A stretch of DNA of 64,000 nucleotides from Parcubacteria bacterium C7867-004 (GTDB lineage: Bacteria; Patescibacteriota; Minisyncoccia; Phycocordibacterales; Phycocordibacteraceae), in the NCBI GenBank assembly GCA_001189075.1, contig LFCN01000006.1, positions 81,605 to 145,604 on the forward strand, in the 5' to 3' direction. The notes beneath the pieces are model-generated. The model was not told the origin of the DNA, made no database searches, and saw only the letters and a program-made list of their open reading frames with translations. This document shows positions 46,568-56,699 of this stretch, one piece after another. Each line of letters starts with the position of its first letter. The first letter of the stretch is position 1. The position numbers and the translations under genes are program-made.

Positions 46568-48715
46568 ATGAATCGCGATTATCCTCTCGAAAAAGTGCGC
46601 AACTTCGGCATCGTGGCCCACGTGGACGCCGGAAAGACGACCACGTCCGAGCGTGTGCTCTTCTACACGGGTTCCCAGCACAAGATAGGTGAGGTGCACG
46701 AGGGTGAGACCACCACCGACTGGATGGAGCAGGAGCGCGAGCGCGGCATCACCATCACCGCTGCCGCTATCACCTGTTTCTGGACCAAGTCGCAGGAGAA
46801 GGACAAGAAGGATATCGCGAAGAAGTACCGCTTCAACGTGATCGACACCCCGGGTCACATCGACTTCACCGCGGAGGTTAAGCGCTCGATGCGCGTGCTC
46901 GACGGAGCCGTGGTTGTGTTCGACGGCGTTGCGGGAGTAGAGCCGCAGTCTGAGACCAACTGGCGCTACGCGGACGAAGCGGGCGTTCCTCGTATTTGTT
47001 TCATCAACAAGCTCGATCGCACGGGTGCTTCGTTCGAGGATTCCTACAAGTCGATTCTTGATCGTCTCTCGAAGAAGGCGGTACGCGCGCAGATTCCTAT
47101 GGGCGCTGAAGGCGACTTCGAGGGCGTCGTTGATCTGCTCTCGATGAAGTCCTACACCTTCACGGGCAACATGGGCGAGGAGGTTATCGAAGGCGAGGTT
47201 CCGGAGAAGTATATGGAGGACGCGAAGAAGTTCCGCGCAGAGCTCGTTGAGCGCATCGTCGAGCATGATGAGGCGCAGATGACCGCGTTCTTCGAGGGCA
47301 ACGAGCCATCGCTCGATGAGCTGAAGGCGACGCTGCGCAAGGCTATCATCGCGAACGAGATCTTCCCGGTCTACACCGGTTCCGCGCTCAAGAACAAGGG
47401 CGTGCAGCTCGTGCTCGATGCGGTCGTCGACTACCTTCCGTCTCCACTCGACCTTCCACCGGTAAAGGGCGTGAACCCGAAGACGGGCGAGGAAGTAGAG
47501 CGCAAGCCGTCGGATGACGAGCCGTTCACGGCGCTCGCGTTCAAGCTCCAGACCGATCCATTCGTGGGAGCACTGACCTTCTTCCGCGTCTACGCGGGAA
47601 CCGTCTCCGCTGGTTCCTACATTTACAACGCGAACACAGGCACCAAGGAGCGCGTTGGACGTATCGTCCGTCTCCAGGCTGACAAGCGCGAGGAAGTGGA
47701 GAAGGTCTTCACCGGAGAGATCGCATCCTTCGTCGGTCTTAAGGACACAAAGACGTCTCACACCCTGTGTGACGAGGCGAATCCAATCGTGCTCGAGCAG
47801 ATCAAGTTCCCTGAGCCCGTCGTGTCGCTTCGCATCGAGCCGAAGACCAAGGCCGACCAGGAGAAGATGGGCATGGCACTTAAGAAGCTTTCGGACGAGG
47901 ACCCTACCTTTAAGATCACATCGGACGAGGAGACTGCGGAGACCATCATCGCGGGCATGGGCGAGCTCCATCTCGAGATCCTCGTCGACCGCATGCAGCG
48001 CGAGTTCAACGTGGGCGCGAACGTGGGCAAGCCGCAGGTGGCATACCGCGAGACCATCATGGGAACCGCCGACGTCGACAACAAGTACATCAAGCAGACG
48101 GGAGGTAAGGGTCAGTACGGTCATGTGAAGATCAAGGTGAAGCACATGGAGCCGGTAGATCCTGAGGCCAAGGTCGCGAAGAACGTGACCCGCGAGGATC
48201 ACTTCGAGTTCATAAACAACATCAAGGGAGGTGTCATCCCGTCGGAATACTTCAATCCTATTGAGAAGGGTATCCGCGAGGCGATGAACCGCGGCGTGCT
48301 CGCCGGCTTCCAGATGGTGGACGTGTCCGTTGATCTCTACGACGGGTCCTTCCATGACGTGGACTCTTCGGAAATCGCCTTCAAGATCGCGGCATCCCAG
48401 GCATTCCAGGAAGCGGCCCAGAAAGCGAAGCCCGTTATCCTCGAGCCAATCATGAACGTCGAGGTAGTCATCCCTGAGCAGTTCATGGGAGACATCACCG
48501 GAAACCTTTCCGGAAAGCGCGGTGCTATCGAGGGCATGGAGGATCGCGGCATGAACAAGGCGGTTCACGCCAAGGTGCCGCTCTCTGAGATGTTCGGATA
48601 CACCACCACCCTCCGCTCGATGACGGAAGGTCGCGGAAGCATGACGATGGAGTTCGACCATTACGAGGTGGTCCCATCCAACGTCGCGGCTGATATCATC
48701 GCGAGCAGGAAGTAA
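46568..48715 (+). CDS. fusA: Elongation factor G
   Basis: Full-length EF-G with AHVDAGKTT, DTPGHIDF and NKLD motifs. Confidence 0.97.
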   Translation: MNRDYPLEKVRNFGIVAHVDAGKTTTSERVLFYTGSQHKIGEVHEGETTTDWMEQERERGITITAAAITCFWTKSQEKDKKDIAKKYRFNVIDTPGHIDFTAEVKRSMRVLDGAVVVFDGVAGVEPQSETNWRYADEAGVPRICFINKLDRTGASFEDSYKSILDRLSKKAVRAQIPMGAEGDFEGVVDLLSMKSYTFTGNMGEEVIEGEVPEKYMEDAKKFRAELVERIVEHDEAQMTAFFEGNEPSLDELKATLRKAIIANEIFPVYTGSALKNKGVQLVLDAVVDYLPSPLDLPPVKGVNPKTGEEVERKPSDDEPFTALAFKLQTDPFVGALTFFRVYAGTVSAGSYIYNANTGTKERVGRIVRLQADKREEVEKVFTGEIASFVGLKDTKTSHTLCDEANPIVLEQIKFPEPVVSLRIEPKTKADQEKMGMALKKLSDEDPTFKITSDEETAETIIAGMGELHLEILVDRMQREFNVGANVGKPQVAYRETIMGTADVDNKYIKQTGGKGQYGHVKIKVKHMEPVDPEAKVAKNVTREDHFEFINNIKGGVIPSEYFNPIEKGIREAMNRGVLAGFQMVDVSVDLYDGSFHDVDSSEIAFKIAASQAFQEAAQKAKPVILEPIMNVEVVIPEQFMGDITGNLSGKRGAIEGMEDRGMNKAVHAKVPLSEMFGYTTTLRSMTEGRGSMTMEFDHYEVVPSNVAADIIASRK

Positions 48716-48732
48716 TCGAATATTGGTGATAC

Positions 48733-48768
48733 AAAAAGAGCCGCTTCTTTAAGCGGCTCTTTTTGTAT
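48733..48768. terminator. Bidirectional terminator with perfect palindrome gatacaaaaagagccgctt-cttta-agcggctctttttgtatc
   Basis: 18-bp perfect inverted repeat with A/T runs on both sides. Confidence 0.8.
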
Positions 48769-48821
48769 CACTGTACACACAACTTCCTCTTCATGAGGCG
48801 GCTTCATGCTACCGTTTTCAT

Positions 48822-49484
48822 ATGATCACAAAACGAACTAAATTAATGCTTGCGGTGCTCGTGCTGGTTGCGATTGGTGCCTATGCGTATCTCTATTGGT
48901 GGAGCCGCACTCCAGATCACGGATTCCTCGATACTATCCCGGTAGTGCACGATGCTTCGAACAAAGCATCGAAGGCGGTTATCACGCCGAAACCCGGAGC
49001 ACCTGCTCCAGGCACGGGAACTGTAACCCCGACCGAAGGAAACACGACAACGCCGTCGACTACCTACAAGACCTATGAAAGCTCGGAGACCGATCGTGCC
49101 TACAGCTTCGCGTATCCGGACAACTGGAGCGTTAACCAGAACCGAGTGAACGAAGTAACCACGGTCTGTATCAGCAACGAAGGTGGGGACGGCGGATGCC
49201 TCGTTTCGCTCACTATCACGAAGGTAGATCAGAATGTGAACGTTGGTCGCACATTGGAAGACCTCAAAGCCGAATTCAGAAAGGGAAGCGTGAAGCAGTC
49301 CTCGCGCACCATCGGCGGCGAGAGCGCTCAGGTCCTGAAGGTTTCCGGCTACCCGGCTGACGAGCAGAACTCCACTCGCGCCGCAGTCTTCCAGAAGGGT
49401 GAGTACGTCTACGTCCTCGAGACCATGCCCGGCCGCGAAGATATGTTCGATCGAGTCGCAGACTCCTTCCTCTTCAGGATGTAG
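48822..49484 (+). CDS. Hypothetical membrane-anchored extracytoplasmic protein, 220 aa
   Basis: N-terminal TM (LMLAVLVLVAIGAYAYLYWW), a Thr/Pro linker and a beta-rich domain. Flanked by terminators. Confidence 0.55.
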   Translation: MITKRTKLMLAVLVLVAIGAYAYLYWWSRTPDHGFLDTIPVVHDASNKASKAVITPKPGAPAPGTGTVTPTEGNTTTPSTTYKTYESSETDRAYSFAYPDNWSVNQNRVNEVTTVCISNEGGDGGCLVSLTITKVDQNVNVGRTLEDLKAEFRKGSVKQSSRTIGGESAQVLKVSGYPADEQNSTRAAVFQKGEYVYVLETMPGREDMFDRVADSFLFRM

Positions 49485-49500
49485 TCGGAGAATATCTCTC

Positions 49501-49532
49501 ACAAAAACAGCCGCGCACGCGGCTGTTTTTGT
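49501..49532. terminator. Terminator with perfect palindrome acaaaaacagccgcg-cac-gcggctgtttttgt
   Basis: Same architecture as terminator 48733..48768 (A5-GC stem-T5). Confidence 0.8.
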
Positions 49533-49625
49533 GTTCTAACGATTAATCCACCCCATGATCGCTTCTGGACTTGCTGCTCGCGAGCCGGTGCTATGCTTTT
49601 GGTAGGTCATAGGGAAGGAACCATC

Positions 49626-49805
49626 ATGGCTGACGACCCGCTCGACGGAACGGCCAAAGGGTCGGACGAGGAAGGGGCACGATTCAGGATTCACACTGAT
49701 CGTGGACGGCAACAACAGCCTCAGTATCACCCCTTCGCATGGGGCCAGCACTACGCCAAGCGCAGGGAACATGAGGTCCCTTCGGAACTCCCTCTATATA
49801 TCTAA
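49626..49805 (+). CDS. Possible small ORF (59 aa) with SD GGAAGGA
   Basis: MADDPLDGTAKGSDEEGARFRIH... Has only an SD and ORF length in its favour. Confidence 0.25.
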   Translation: MADDPLDGTAKGSDEEGARFRIHTDRGRQQQPQYHPFAWGQHYAKRREHEVPSELPLYI

Positions 49806-50078
49806 TTGATACGGCCCTCGTCCGTATCGAGACGACCCCCATCCGGTCGCCTCTTTCTTTCTGTCTTGACCATATGTCTGGGCTCGGGTACTTTAGTAAG
49901 TAACGCGAAATACGGCGCTCTTTTGATATCTCCCTCTCCTAACCGGAGGCCGGGTGGCTCAAAGGCGTTGCGCGGGTTCAGTCCGCCCGAGCCTTGGTCG
50001 CCTGTCTCCGTCCATCGGAAGAAGGCAGGCGCGGCGGCGAAAAATTACTTTTAGCTACCAGTAAACCTACCAATTCGT

Positions 50079-51281
<1,203 letters not shown>

Positions 51282-51301
51282 CCGGATCAACTCTTACTCG
51301 T

Positions 51302-51658
51302 ATGGCTACCACCGCGAAGAAGACCGCTAAGAAGGAGGCCGCTCCTGCGAGCGAGCCGAAGCTCCGGATCCGGGTGCGTGCCTACGAGCACAAGATCCTG
51401 GACCTCTCGGTGAAGCAGATCATGGACACCGCTAATCGCTTCGATGCGAAGATCGTCGGTCCGGTTCCGCTTCCTACCGAGATCAAGCGATGGACCGTGA
51501 ACCGCTCATCGTTCGTCTACAAGGACGCGCGCGAGCAGTTCGAGATGCGCATCCACAAGCGCCTCATCGACATCCTCTCGCCGAACCCGAAGGTCATTGA
51601 GGCTCTCACGAATCTCACCCTTCCGTCAGGCGTGACGATCGATGTGAAGATGGTCTAA
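51302..51658 (+). CDS. rpsJ: 30S ribosomal protein S10 (with K/A-rich N-terminal extension)
   Basis: ...[48 protein letters not shown]... Confidence 0.95.
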   Translation: MATTAKKTAKKEAAPASEPKLRIRVRAYEHKILDLSVKQIMDTANRFDAKIVGPVPLPTEIKRWTVNRSSFVYKDAREQFEMRIHKRLIDILSPNPKVIEALTNLTLPSGVTIDVKMV

Positions 51659-51667
51659 CGACCTGAA

Positions 51668-51710
51668 CGCAAAACGCCCCGACAAACGTCGGGGCGTTTT
51701 GCTTTTTTCT
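51668..51710 (+). terminator. Intrinsic terminator directly after rpsJ (caaaacgccccgac-aaac-gtcggggcgttttg plus CTTTTTTCTTC)
   Basis: 14-bp perfect stem and a T-run. Confidence 0.8.
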
Positions 51711-51759
51711 TCACGCAGCGTGCGGTATGCTCTCACTCTGATCTTTTTAGGAGTGCTCG

Positions 51760-52053
51760 ATGAGCAGGATGCCTGGAAAGCCTACGCAAGAACGGCGGAG
51801 AGAGCTTAGTAGGCTCAGCGGAGCTTGGAGCGTCCTGGTCCCTGATCCGGAGGCAGCTTCGAGAGCGATCGCTGATCGGCCGATGATCTCGCCGAATGAT
51901 CCTCTGTTGTCCTTGGCGAAACCGGATAAGCCTCCGCCAAAACGGCCTCCGTACGTACCGTTCAGGGATGCTCTAGGACGATTCGCCATCAATCCCAAAT
52001 ACAAATTAAGGTACAAGAGGCGCCCTTCCCGGACCGTTAAGCCGCGAGCATAG
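51760..52053 (+). CDS. Hypothetical small, very basic Pro-rich protein (97 aa), inserted between rpsJ and rplC
   Basis: SD AGGAG-N6-ATG, flanked by terminators 51668..51710 and 52039..52072. C-terminal YKLRYKRRPSRTVKPRA. GC3 is lower than in neighbouring r-protein genes. Confidence 0.4.
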   Translation: MSRMPGKPTQERRRELSRLSGAWSVLVPDPEAASRAIADRPMISPNDPLLSLAKPDKPPPKRPPYVPFRDALGRFAINPKYKLRYKRRPSRTVKPRA

Positions 52054-52072
52054 CTTGCGGCTGTTTTATTTG
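52039..52072 (+). terminator. Intrinsic terminator (gccgcgagc-atagc-ttgcggc plus TGTTTTATTT) enclosing the stop codon of ORF 51760
   Basis: 9-bp stem with one G-U pair, plus a T-run. Confidence 0.6.
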
Positions 52073-52194
52073 CATTTCGGAGCTGCGGCCTGTATAGTCC
52101 TTCTGTTGCTACGTACGGCTCTTCGGAGCCGGACCAATGGCCGGGAAGCCCCTCTGGGGTCGAACGCGCTATTGAAGGCGCGATTTCCATTTCT

Positions 52195-52812
52195 ATGAAA
52201 TTCATCCTCGCCCGCAAAGGCCGCATGACCCAAATCTTCGATGAGAAGGGTACTGTTTCTGCTGCTACCCTGGTTACCGCCGGCCCTATGGTTGTGACGC
52301 AGGTGAAGGGCGCGGACACCAAGGACGGCTACTCGGCTATCCAGGTCGGTTTCGAAGGCCAGAAAGCTCAGCGCATCGCGAAGCCGGTCCTCGGACACAC
52401 TAAGGGCGTTCCGTACAAGGTTCTCAAGGAATTCCGAGTCGAAGATACTGCCGGCCTCGCGCTCGGCGATGAGATCAAGGTTGATACCTTCGCTGAGGGC
52501 GACAGCATCGTCGTTACCTCGACCTCGAAGGGTCACGGCTTCGCCGGCGTCGTTAAGCGCCATGGCTTCCATGGCGGACGCCGTTCGCACGGCCAGAAGC
52601 ACTCCGAGCGCGAGCCGGGATCGATCGGAGGAGGAGGTCGCGCGGGAGGTCGCGTCATCAAGGGCATGCGCATGGGTGGACGCATGGGAAATGATCGCGT
52701 AACCATTAAGAACCTTCGTGTTCTTAAGGTGGATGCGGCTACCGGCGAGATGCTCATCTCCGGTGCTATCCCGGGCGCTCCAGGCGCACTCGTCGAGATC
52801 CGCTCGATGTAA
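52195..52812 (+). CDS. rplC: 50S ribosomal protein L3
   Basis: ...GTVSAATLVTAGPMVVTQVK...GFAGVVKRHGFHGG... Confidence 0.95.
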   Translation: MKFILARKGRMTQIFDEKGTVSAATLVTAGPMVVTQVKGADTKDGYSAIQVGFEGQKAQRIAKPVLGHTKGVPYKVLKEFRVEDTAGLALGDEIKVDTFAEGDSIVVTSTSKGHGFAGVVKRHGFHGGRRSHGQKHSEREPGSIGGGGRAGGRVIKGMRMGGRMGNDRVTIKNLRVLKVDAATGEMLISGAIPGAPGALVEIRSM

Positions 52813-52822
52813 TTTTCGTACT

Positions 52823-53587
52823 ATGGCTACTACTGCAACAAAACGAGCTCCTGCCAAGAAGGCCGCCCCTAAGAAGGCAGCAGTGGCTAAGGCTGCACCT
52901 GCTCCGAAGAAGGAGGTCTCGCTCGAGGCAACCGTCTGGTCCAACGCAGGAGCGAAGGCGTCTACCGTTTCTCTCCCTCCTGAGCTCTTCGCTGCGCAGT
53001 GGAACGCTGACCTCGTGCACCAGGTCGTTATCGGCATGCAGGCGAACGCTCGCCCGGTAACCGCGCACACTAAGTTCCGTGGTGAAGTATCCGGTGGTGG
53101 TAAGAAGCCATGGAAACAGAAGGGTACCGGCCGCGCTCGTCACGGCTCGAACCGCTCTCCGATCTGGAAGGGAGGAGGTGTAACCCACGGTCCTCGCGCA
53201 GAGAAGGTCTACGCAGTGAAGATCAACCGCAAGATGCGTGTTGCAGCACTCGCGTCGGTGCTCTCCCGCAAGCTCCGTGATGGCCAGATCATCTTCGTCG
53301 ACTCGTTCGGCTTCCAGAACCCGAAGACCAAGGACGCAAAGGCAATGCTCGTCGCAATTGCGAACGGTTCCGGAACGAAGGAGCTCGTCACCAAGCGCAA
53401 GAATGCAGCGGTCGTCGCATTCGCGAAGAAGGATTCGGCTTCCGAGAAGTCGTTCCGTAACATCGGCAGCCTTACGCTCGCTGAGGTGCGCAACATCAAC
53501 CCGGTCGATCTGATGACGAAGAAGTATCTCGTTATCGAGAATCCGGCTGAAGCACTTCCAGTCCTCATGAGCCGCCTCTCTAAGTAA
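52823..53587 (+). CDS. rplD: 50S ribosomal protein L4 (with ~45-aa K/A-rich N-terminal extension)
   Basis: Core ...GGGKKPWKQKGTGRARHGSNRSPIWKGGGVTHGP... Start at ATG 52823. Confidence 0.95.
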   Translation: MATTATKRAPAKKAAPKKAAVAKAAPAPKKEVSLEATVWSNAGAKASTVSLPPELFAAQWNADLVHQVVIGMQANARPVTAHTKFRGEVSGGGKKPWKQKGTGRARHGSNRSPIWKGGGVTHGPRAEKVYAVKINRKMRVAALASVLSRKLRDGQIIFVDSFGFQNPKTKDAKAMLVAIANGSGTKELVTKRKNAAVVAFAKKDSASEKSFRNIGSLTLAEVRNINPVDLMTKKYLVIENPAEALPVLMSRLSK

Positions 53588-53594
53588 CTGATAT

Positions 53595-53972
53595 ATGGCA
53601 CTCTTTTCAAACGACAAGAAGGAAGTTAAGGCAAAGAAGCCTAAGTCGACGACCCGTAACTGGGGCCGGGGTGTTCTGGCTGCCGACGACGCGCGCCTCG
53701 CGAACGTCCTCAAGCGCCCGTGGTTCTCTGAGAAGGCGCTTATCGGCACCGAGAGCGGCGTCTACGTCTTCGAAGTGGCAGAGAGCGCAACTAAGCTCGA
53801 TGTCGCCAACGCGGTGATGAAGGCATACAATGTGACGCCTGCTAAGGTCCGCATGACGAACCTTCCTGCGAAGTCGGTCTCGCTGCGCACCCGCCGTGGC
53901 CAGGGAACCCGCTCGCGCCGCCACAAGGCATATGTGTACCTCAAGAAGGGCGACACGATTCAGTTCGCGTAA
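53595..53972 (+). CDS. rplW: 50S ribosomal protein L23
   Basis: ...LKRPWFSEKALIGTESGVYVFEVAESATKLDVANAVMKAYNVTPAKVRM... Confidence 0.95.
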   Translation: MALFSNDKKEVKAKKPKSTTRNWGRGVLAADDARLANVLKRPWFSEKALIGTESGVYVFEVAESATKLDVANAVMKAYNVTPAKVRMTNLPAKSVSLRTRRGQGTRSRRHKAYVYLKKGDTIQFA

Positions 53973-53982
53973 TCTCTAGAAC

Positions 53983-54828
53983 ATGAAGTCTTTCAAGCCA
54001 ACATCCAAGAGCCGCCGCAGCATGACCGTCGTCACGTACCGTGACGTGCTTACGCCGGGCGTAAAACCACACAAGGCGCTCCTCTCGAAGAAGAAGAACC
54101 AGGCTGGCCGCAACAACGCGGGCCGCATCACCACGCGTCATCAGGGCGGAGGCAACAAGAAGATGCTTCGTGACGTTGATTTCAAGTACAACAAGCACAA
54201 CATCCCTGCGAGGATCGAGACCATCGAGTACGATCCGTACCGCACCGCGTTCATCGCGCTCGTCGTATACGCTGATGGAGAAAGGCGCTACGTAACCGCA
54301 CCGAAGGAGATGAAGGTAGGCGACTCGTTCATCGTTGGCGAGGACGTTCCGGTTAAGATCGGCAACCGTCTTCCACTCGGAAAGATCCCCTCCGGAACCT
54401 TCGTATACAACATGGAGCTTCGCGCAGGAGCTGGCGCACGCATCGCGCGTTCCGCTGGAAACTACGCCGAGGTTGTCGCGCATGACGCAGGCTACGCTCA
54501 GGTGAAGCTCCCATCGAGCGAGGTACGCAAGGTCTCTGAGCTCGCGTGGGCATCGGTAGGCGCCGTGGGCAACGAGGAACAGCGCCTCCAGAACTACGGA
54601 AAGGCCGGTAAGAGTCGTTGGAAGGGAATCCGCCCAACGGTGCGCGGTACTGCCATGAACCCGGTTGATCACCCGCACGGAGGTGGTGAAGGAAAGCAGG
54701 GTCGTGGACTCCGCCGAGCGAAGAGCATGTGGGGCAAGCCGACCGGAAAGGGACAGAAGACCCGCACTCCGAAGAAGTACTCCAACAAGTTCATCGTCTC
54801 CCGCCGCAAGGTCGGAAAGAAGCGATAG
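53983..54828 (+). CDS. rplB: 50S ribosomal protein L2
   Basis: ...GRNNAGRITTRHQGGG...MNPVDHPHGGGEG... Confidence 0.97.
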   Translation: MKSFKPTSKSRRSMTVVTYRDVLTPGVKPHKALLSKKKNQAGRNNAGRITTRHQGGGNKKMLRDVDFKYNKHNIPARIETIEYDPYRTAFIALVVYADGERRYVTAPKEMKVGDSFIVGEDVPVKIGNRLPLGKIPSGTFVYNMELRAGAGARIARSAGNYAEVVAHDAGYAQVKLPSSEVRKVSELAWASVGAVGNEEQRLQNYGKAGKSRWKGIRPTVRGTAMNPVDHPHGGGEGKQGRGLRRAKSMWGKPTGKGQKTRTPKKYSNKFIVSRRKVGKKR

Positions 54829-54835
54829 GCAAACC

Positions 54836-54870
54836 AAAAACCCGAGTCCACGACTCGGGTTTTTGCTTCT
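54836..54870 (+). terminator. Intrinsic terminator directly after rplB (aaaaacccgagtc-cac-gactcgggttttt)
   Basis: Perfect 9-bp stem with flanking A/T runs. Confidence 0.8.
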
Positions 54871-54901
54871 CATCCTTAGGGTATAGTTACTGAAACTAAA
54901 C

Positions 54902-55744
54902 ATGCACCGCATAGACATTAAGGAGCTGGAAACGATGGGACGAGCGTACGTCTCATACGAGCCTGACCTGCGTGCGGGCGTCGAAGAGGCCGTCGATGCG
55001 TGGAAAGCGTTCTGCCTGCTCCCGGAAGAGTTGAAACTGAAGTTCCCGTATTCTTCCGACGCGAAGGTGAGCGGGAACGGATACGAACTTAAGAAAGATC
55101 TAGGGAGTGCTGACCTCAAGGAGGATTTCCATCTGCGTGTCGCGGTCCGGGACTGGCTCATGGAAAGCGCGGAGGCGGTCGATCCGGTCGTCACGCCGGA
55201 CTTCGTCGAGAAGGCGCTCGCCGTCAACGAACTCATAGCGCCGTTGCTCCGTGAATTCGGAGAAGCTGTGGAGCAAAAGCACGGTATACCGGGCTTTGCC
55301 GATGACATCATGGCGAAACAGCCCTTCTGGCTCCTTCGCTTCCTGCACTATTTCGGCGACCGAGAACCAGGCGACGAGATAGCCGCGCCGCATGTCGACA
55401 AAGGTGGCTTCACGCTCCATCTGTACGAGAGCGATCGCGGCGTCGAGCAGCTCACCTATGCGGATAAGCAGTGGGTGCCGATGCCGCTCTCGCATGATCA
55501 GACCGTGATCATTCCCGGTATGGGCCTGCAGAACCGCTCGAAGGGAGTGCTCAGAGCGACCTGCCACCGCGTCGTTGCTACCGAGGAGTCAGCGAAGCAG
55601 GGACGATACTCAGCCGTCTGTTTCTTCAATTTCAATAACGTGCGGTTCTACGACAAGGAACGCTTTGGTCGTCTGCAGAATTGGGAACCGGGCGCTTTCT
55701 ACGACATGCCGTTCGAAGAATTCGACAAGCTGTTTATTGACTAG
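54902..55744 (+). CDS. 2-oxoglutarate/Fe(II)-dependent dioxygenase (IPNS-like: DIOX_N plus 2OG-FeII_Oxy)
   Basis: The HxD...H metal triad is at APHVDKGGFTLHL...CHRV, and the 2OG-binding RxS is at RYSAVCFFN. The N-terminal DIOX_N-like region is AVDAWKAFCLLPEELKLKF. Confidence 0.8.
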   Translation: MHRIDIKELETMGRAYVSYEPDLRAGVEEAVDAWKAFCLLPEELKLKFPYSSDAKVSGNGYELKKDLGSADLKEDFHLRVAVRDWLMESAEAVDPVVTPDFVEKALAVNELIAPLLREFGEAVEQKHGIPGFADDIMAKQPFWLLRFLHYFGDREPGDEIAAPHVDKGGFTLHLYESDRGVEQLTYADKQWVPMPLSHDQTVIIPGMGLQNRSKGVLRATCHRVVATEESAKQGRYSAVCFFNFNNVRFYDKERFGRLQNWEPGAFYDMPFEEFDKLFID

Positions 55745-56564
55745 CTGCGGGCTTGTACGCGGGGCGTAGGATATCCGCGAGATCGGTAAGGGGAATAGAG
55801 ACTGCCTGGGGTCCTGCAGCGTATGACGCAACCTGATAGGGCGGGAAGACGATAACCAGATTTCCTTCCTCGATCCAGAAGTTCTCAAAGCTCTCGAGCT
55901 CAGGCTTCGTGCCGTCCGCGATATAGTCTTTATCGGCGAATTCCCCCAGATCTGCTTCAAGCTGGATTCTCGCCGCGGTTGAGATGCGTCCCAAATACGG
56001 AGCTTTTGGCAGGAAAAGATCGCCGAGACCGAGCTCCTTTCCGCTCACGCTATCGAATGTGAAGGTTCGATAGAAGGAATTCGAATGCGCGCCGAGGGTG
56101 TCGAGGTAGAGATAGTACACATACGAGATTGTACTCGTGCTCACATGCTCGTCGTACGTAATCTCCAGACTCTCTTTCCGCTCATCGAGCCGCATGATCT
56201 GGATATCCTCGCGGCTGAGATTCGCGAAGTTGCCCTCGCGCTTGAAGTCCGCAATCGTGGTCTCGACGAATGCTTTCATCGATCCAACTGCGGCGACGTC
56301 AGCCTTTGCGTTCGCGCTTGTCTTAAGGGGCGTTTCGGCAGGGAAAGTGGTCTTAATGTCGTAATAGGTGGCGTGCTCCTCGATCGTCTGGGCAGGAAGG
56401 GGTCCGATCGGGGTGGTAGTCGCTACTTCAGGCGGTACATAGGGCGCTGGCGCAGGATGAGTCATCACGTACCAGATCGTGAAGGCGAGTATAAGGAGGA
56501 AAAGCAGACCGGCCCCCAGTATCTCAAGGGTCCGGACGCTCGGGCGGTGTATCGTGATCATCAT
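55734..56564 (-). CDS. Membrane-anchored DUF3298/DUF4163 (RsiV/PdaC C-terminal-like) domain protein
   Basis: N-terminal TM (LEILGAGLLFLLILAFTIWYV) and a core ISYVYYLYLDTLGAHSNSFYRTFTFDSVSGKELGLGDLF typical of DUF3298. Convergent with, and overlapping by 11 bp, the dioxygenase gene. Confidence 0.7.
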   Translation of the reverse strand: MMITIHRPSVRTLEILGAGLLFLLILAFTIWYVMTHPAPAPYVPPEVATTTPIGPLPAQTIEEHATYYDIKTTFPAETPLKTSANAKADVAAVGSMKAFVETTIADFKREGNFANLSREDIQIMRLDERKESLEITYDEHVSTSTISYVYYLYLDTLGAHSNSFYRTFTFDSVSGKELGLGDLFLPKAPYLGRISTAARIQLEADLGEFADKDYIADGTKPELESFENFWIEEGNLVIVFPPYQVASYAAGPQAVSIPLTDLADILRPAYKPAASQ

Positions 56565-56632
56565 CTCAGTATACGACCCCTTCCCAGAGACTCCCTTTTA
56601 CTGGTCGGGGAGAGCGCTTCCGGCCCGTATGT

Positions 56633-56661
56633 TTGACACTTTCCTGGCTTTCATATAGATT
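56633..56661 (+). promoter_or_regulatory. Sigma70-like promoter for rpsS and downstream genes (TTGACA-17-TAGATT)
   Basis: Consensus -35, 17-nt spacer, and a TAGATT -10 that is identical in hexamers and spacing to promoter 61034..61062. Confidence 0.6.
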
Positions 56662-56699
56662 TTACCTATCCCGCCTGGCGGGCTTTCCATTGTCTATCC

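Noticed and set aside
46553-48661. 702-aa ORF on the minus strand spanning the fusA locus
   Set aside because: It is entirely antisense to a full-length, unmistakable EF-G. It is His/Arg/Leu/Val-rich, typical of the mirror frame of a high-GC gene, so it is not a real gene.
49860-50000. Possible tRNA or tRNA-like element upstream of tuf (gcgggttcagtccgccc resembles a T-arm)
   Set aside because: No canonical cloverleaf could be folded: T-loop position 58 is not A, there is no matching acceptor stem, and no anticodon arm. It is more likely a structured mRNA leader or promoter region.
51747-52322. 191-aa minus-strand ORF covering the rpsJ–rplC spacer
   Set aside because: It overlaps the first 128 nt of rplC in antisense, has Gly/Ser/Ala/Arg-rich composition, and competes with a plus-strand ORF that has a proper SD and flanking terminators.
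53941-55311. 456-aa minus-strand ORF overlapping rplB and the dioxygenase gene
   Set aside because: Antisense to two well-supported genes, Ser/Ala/Arg-rich low complexity, no start context.
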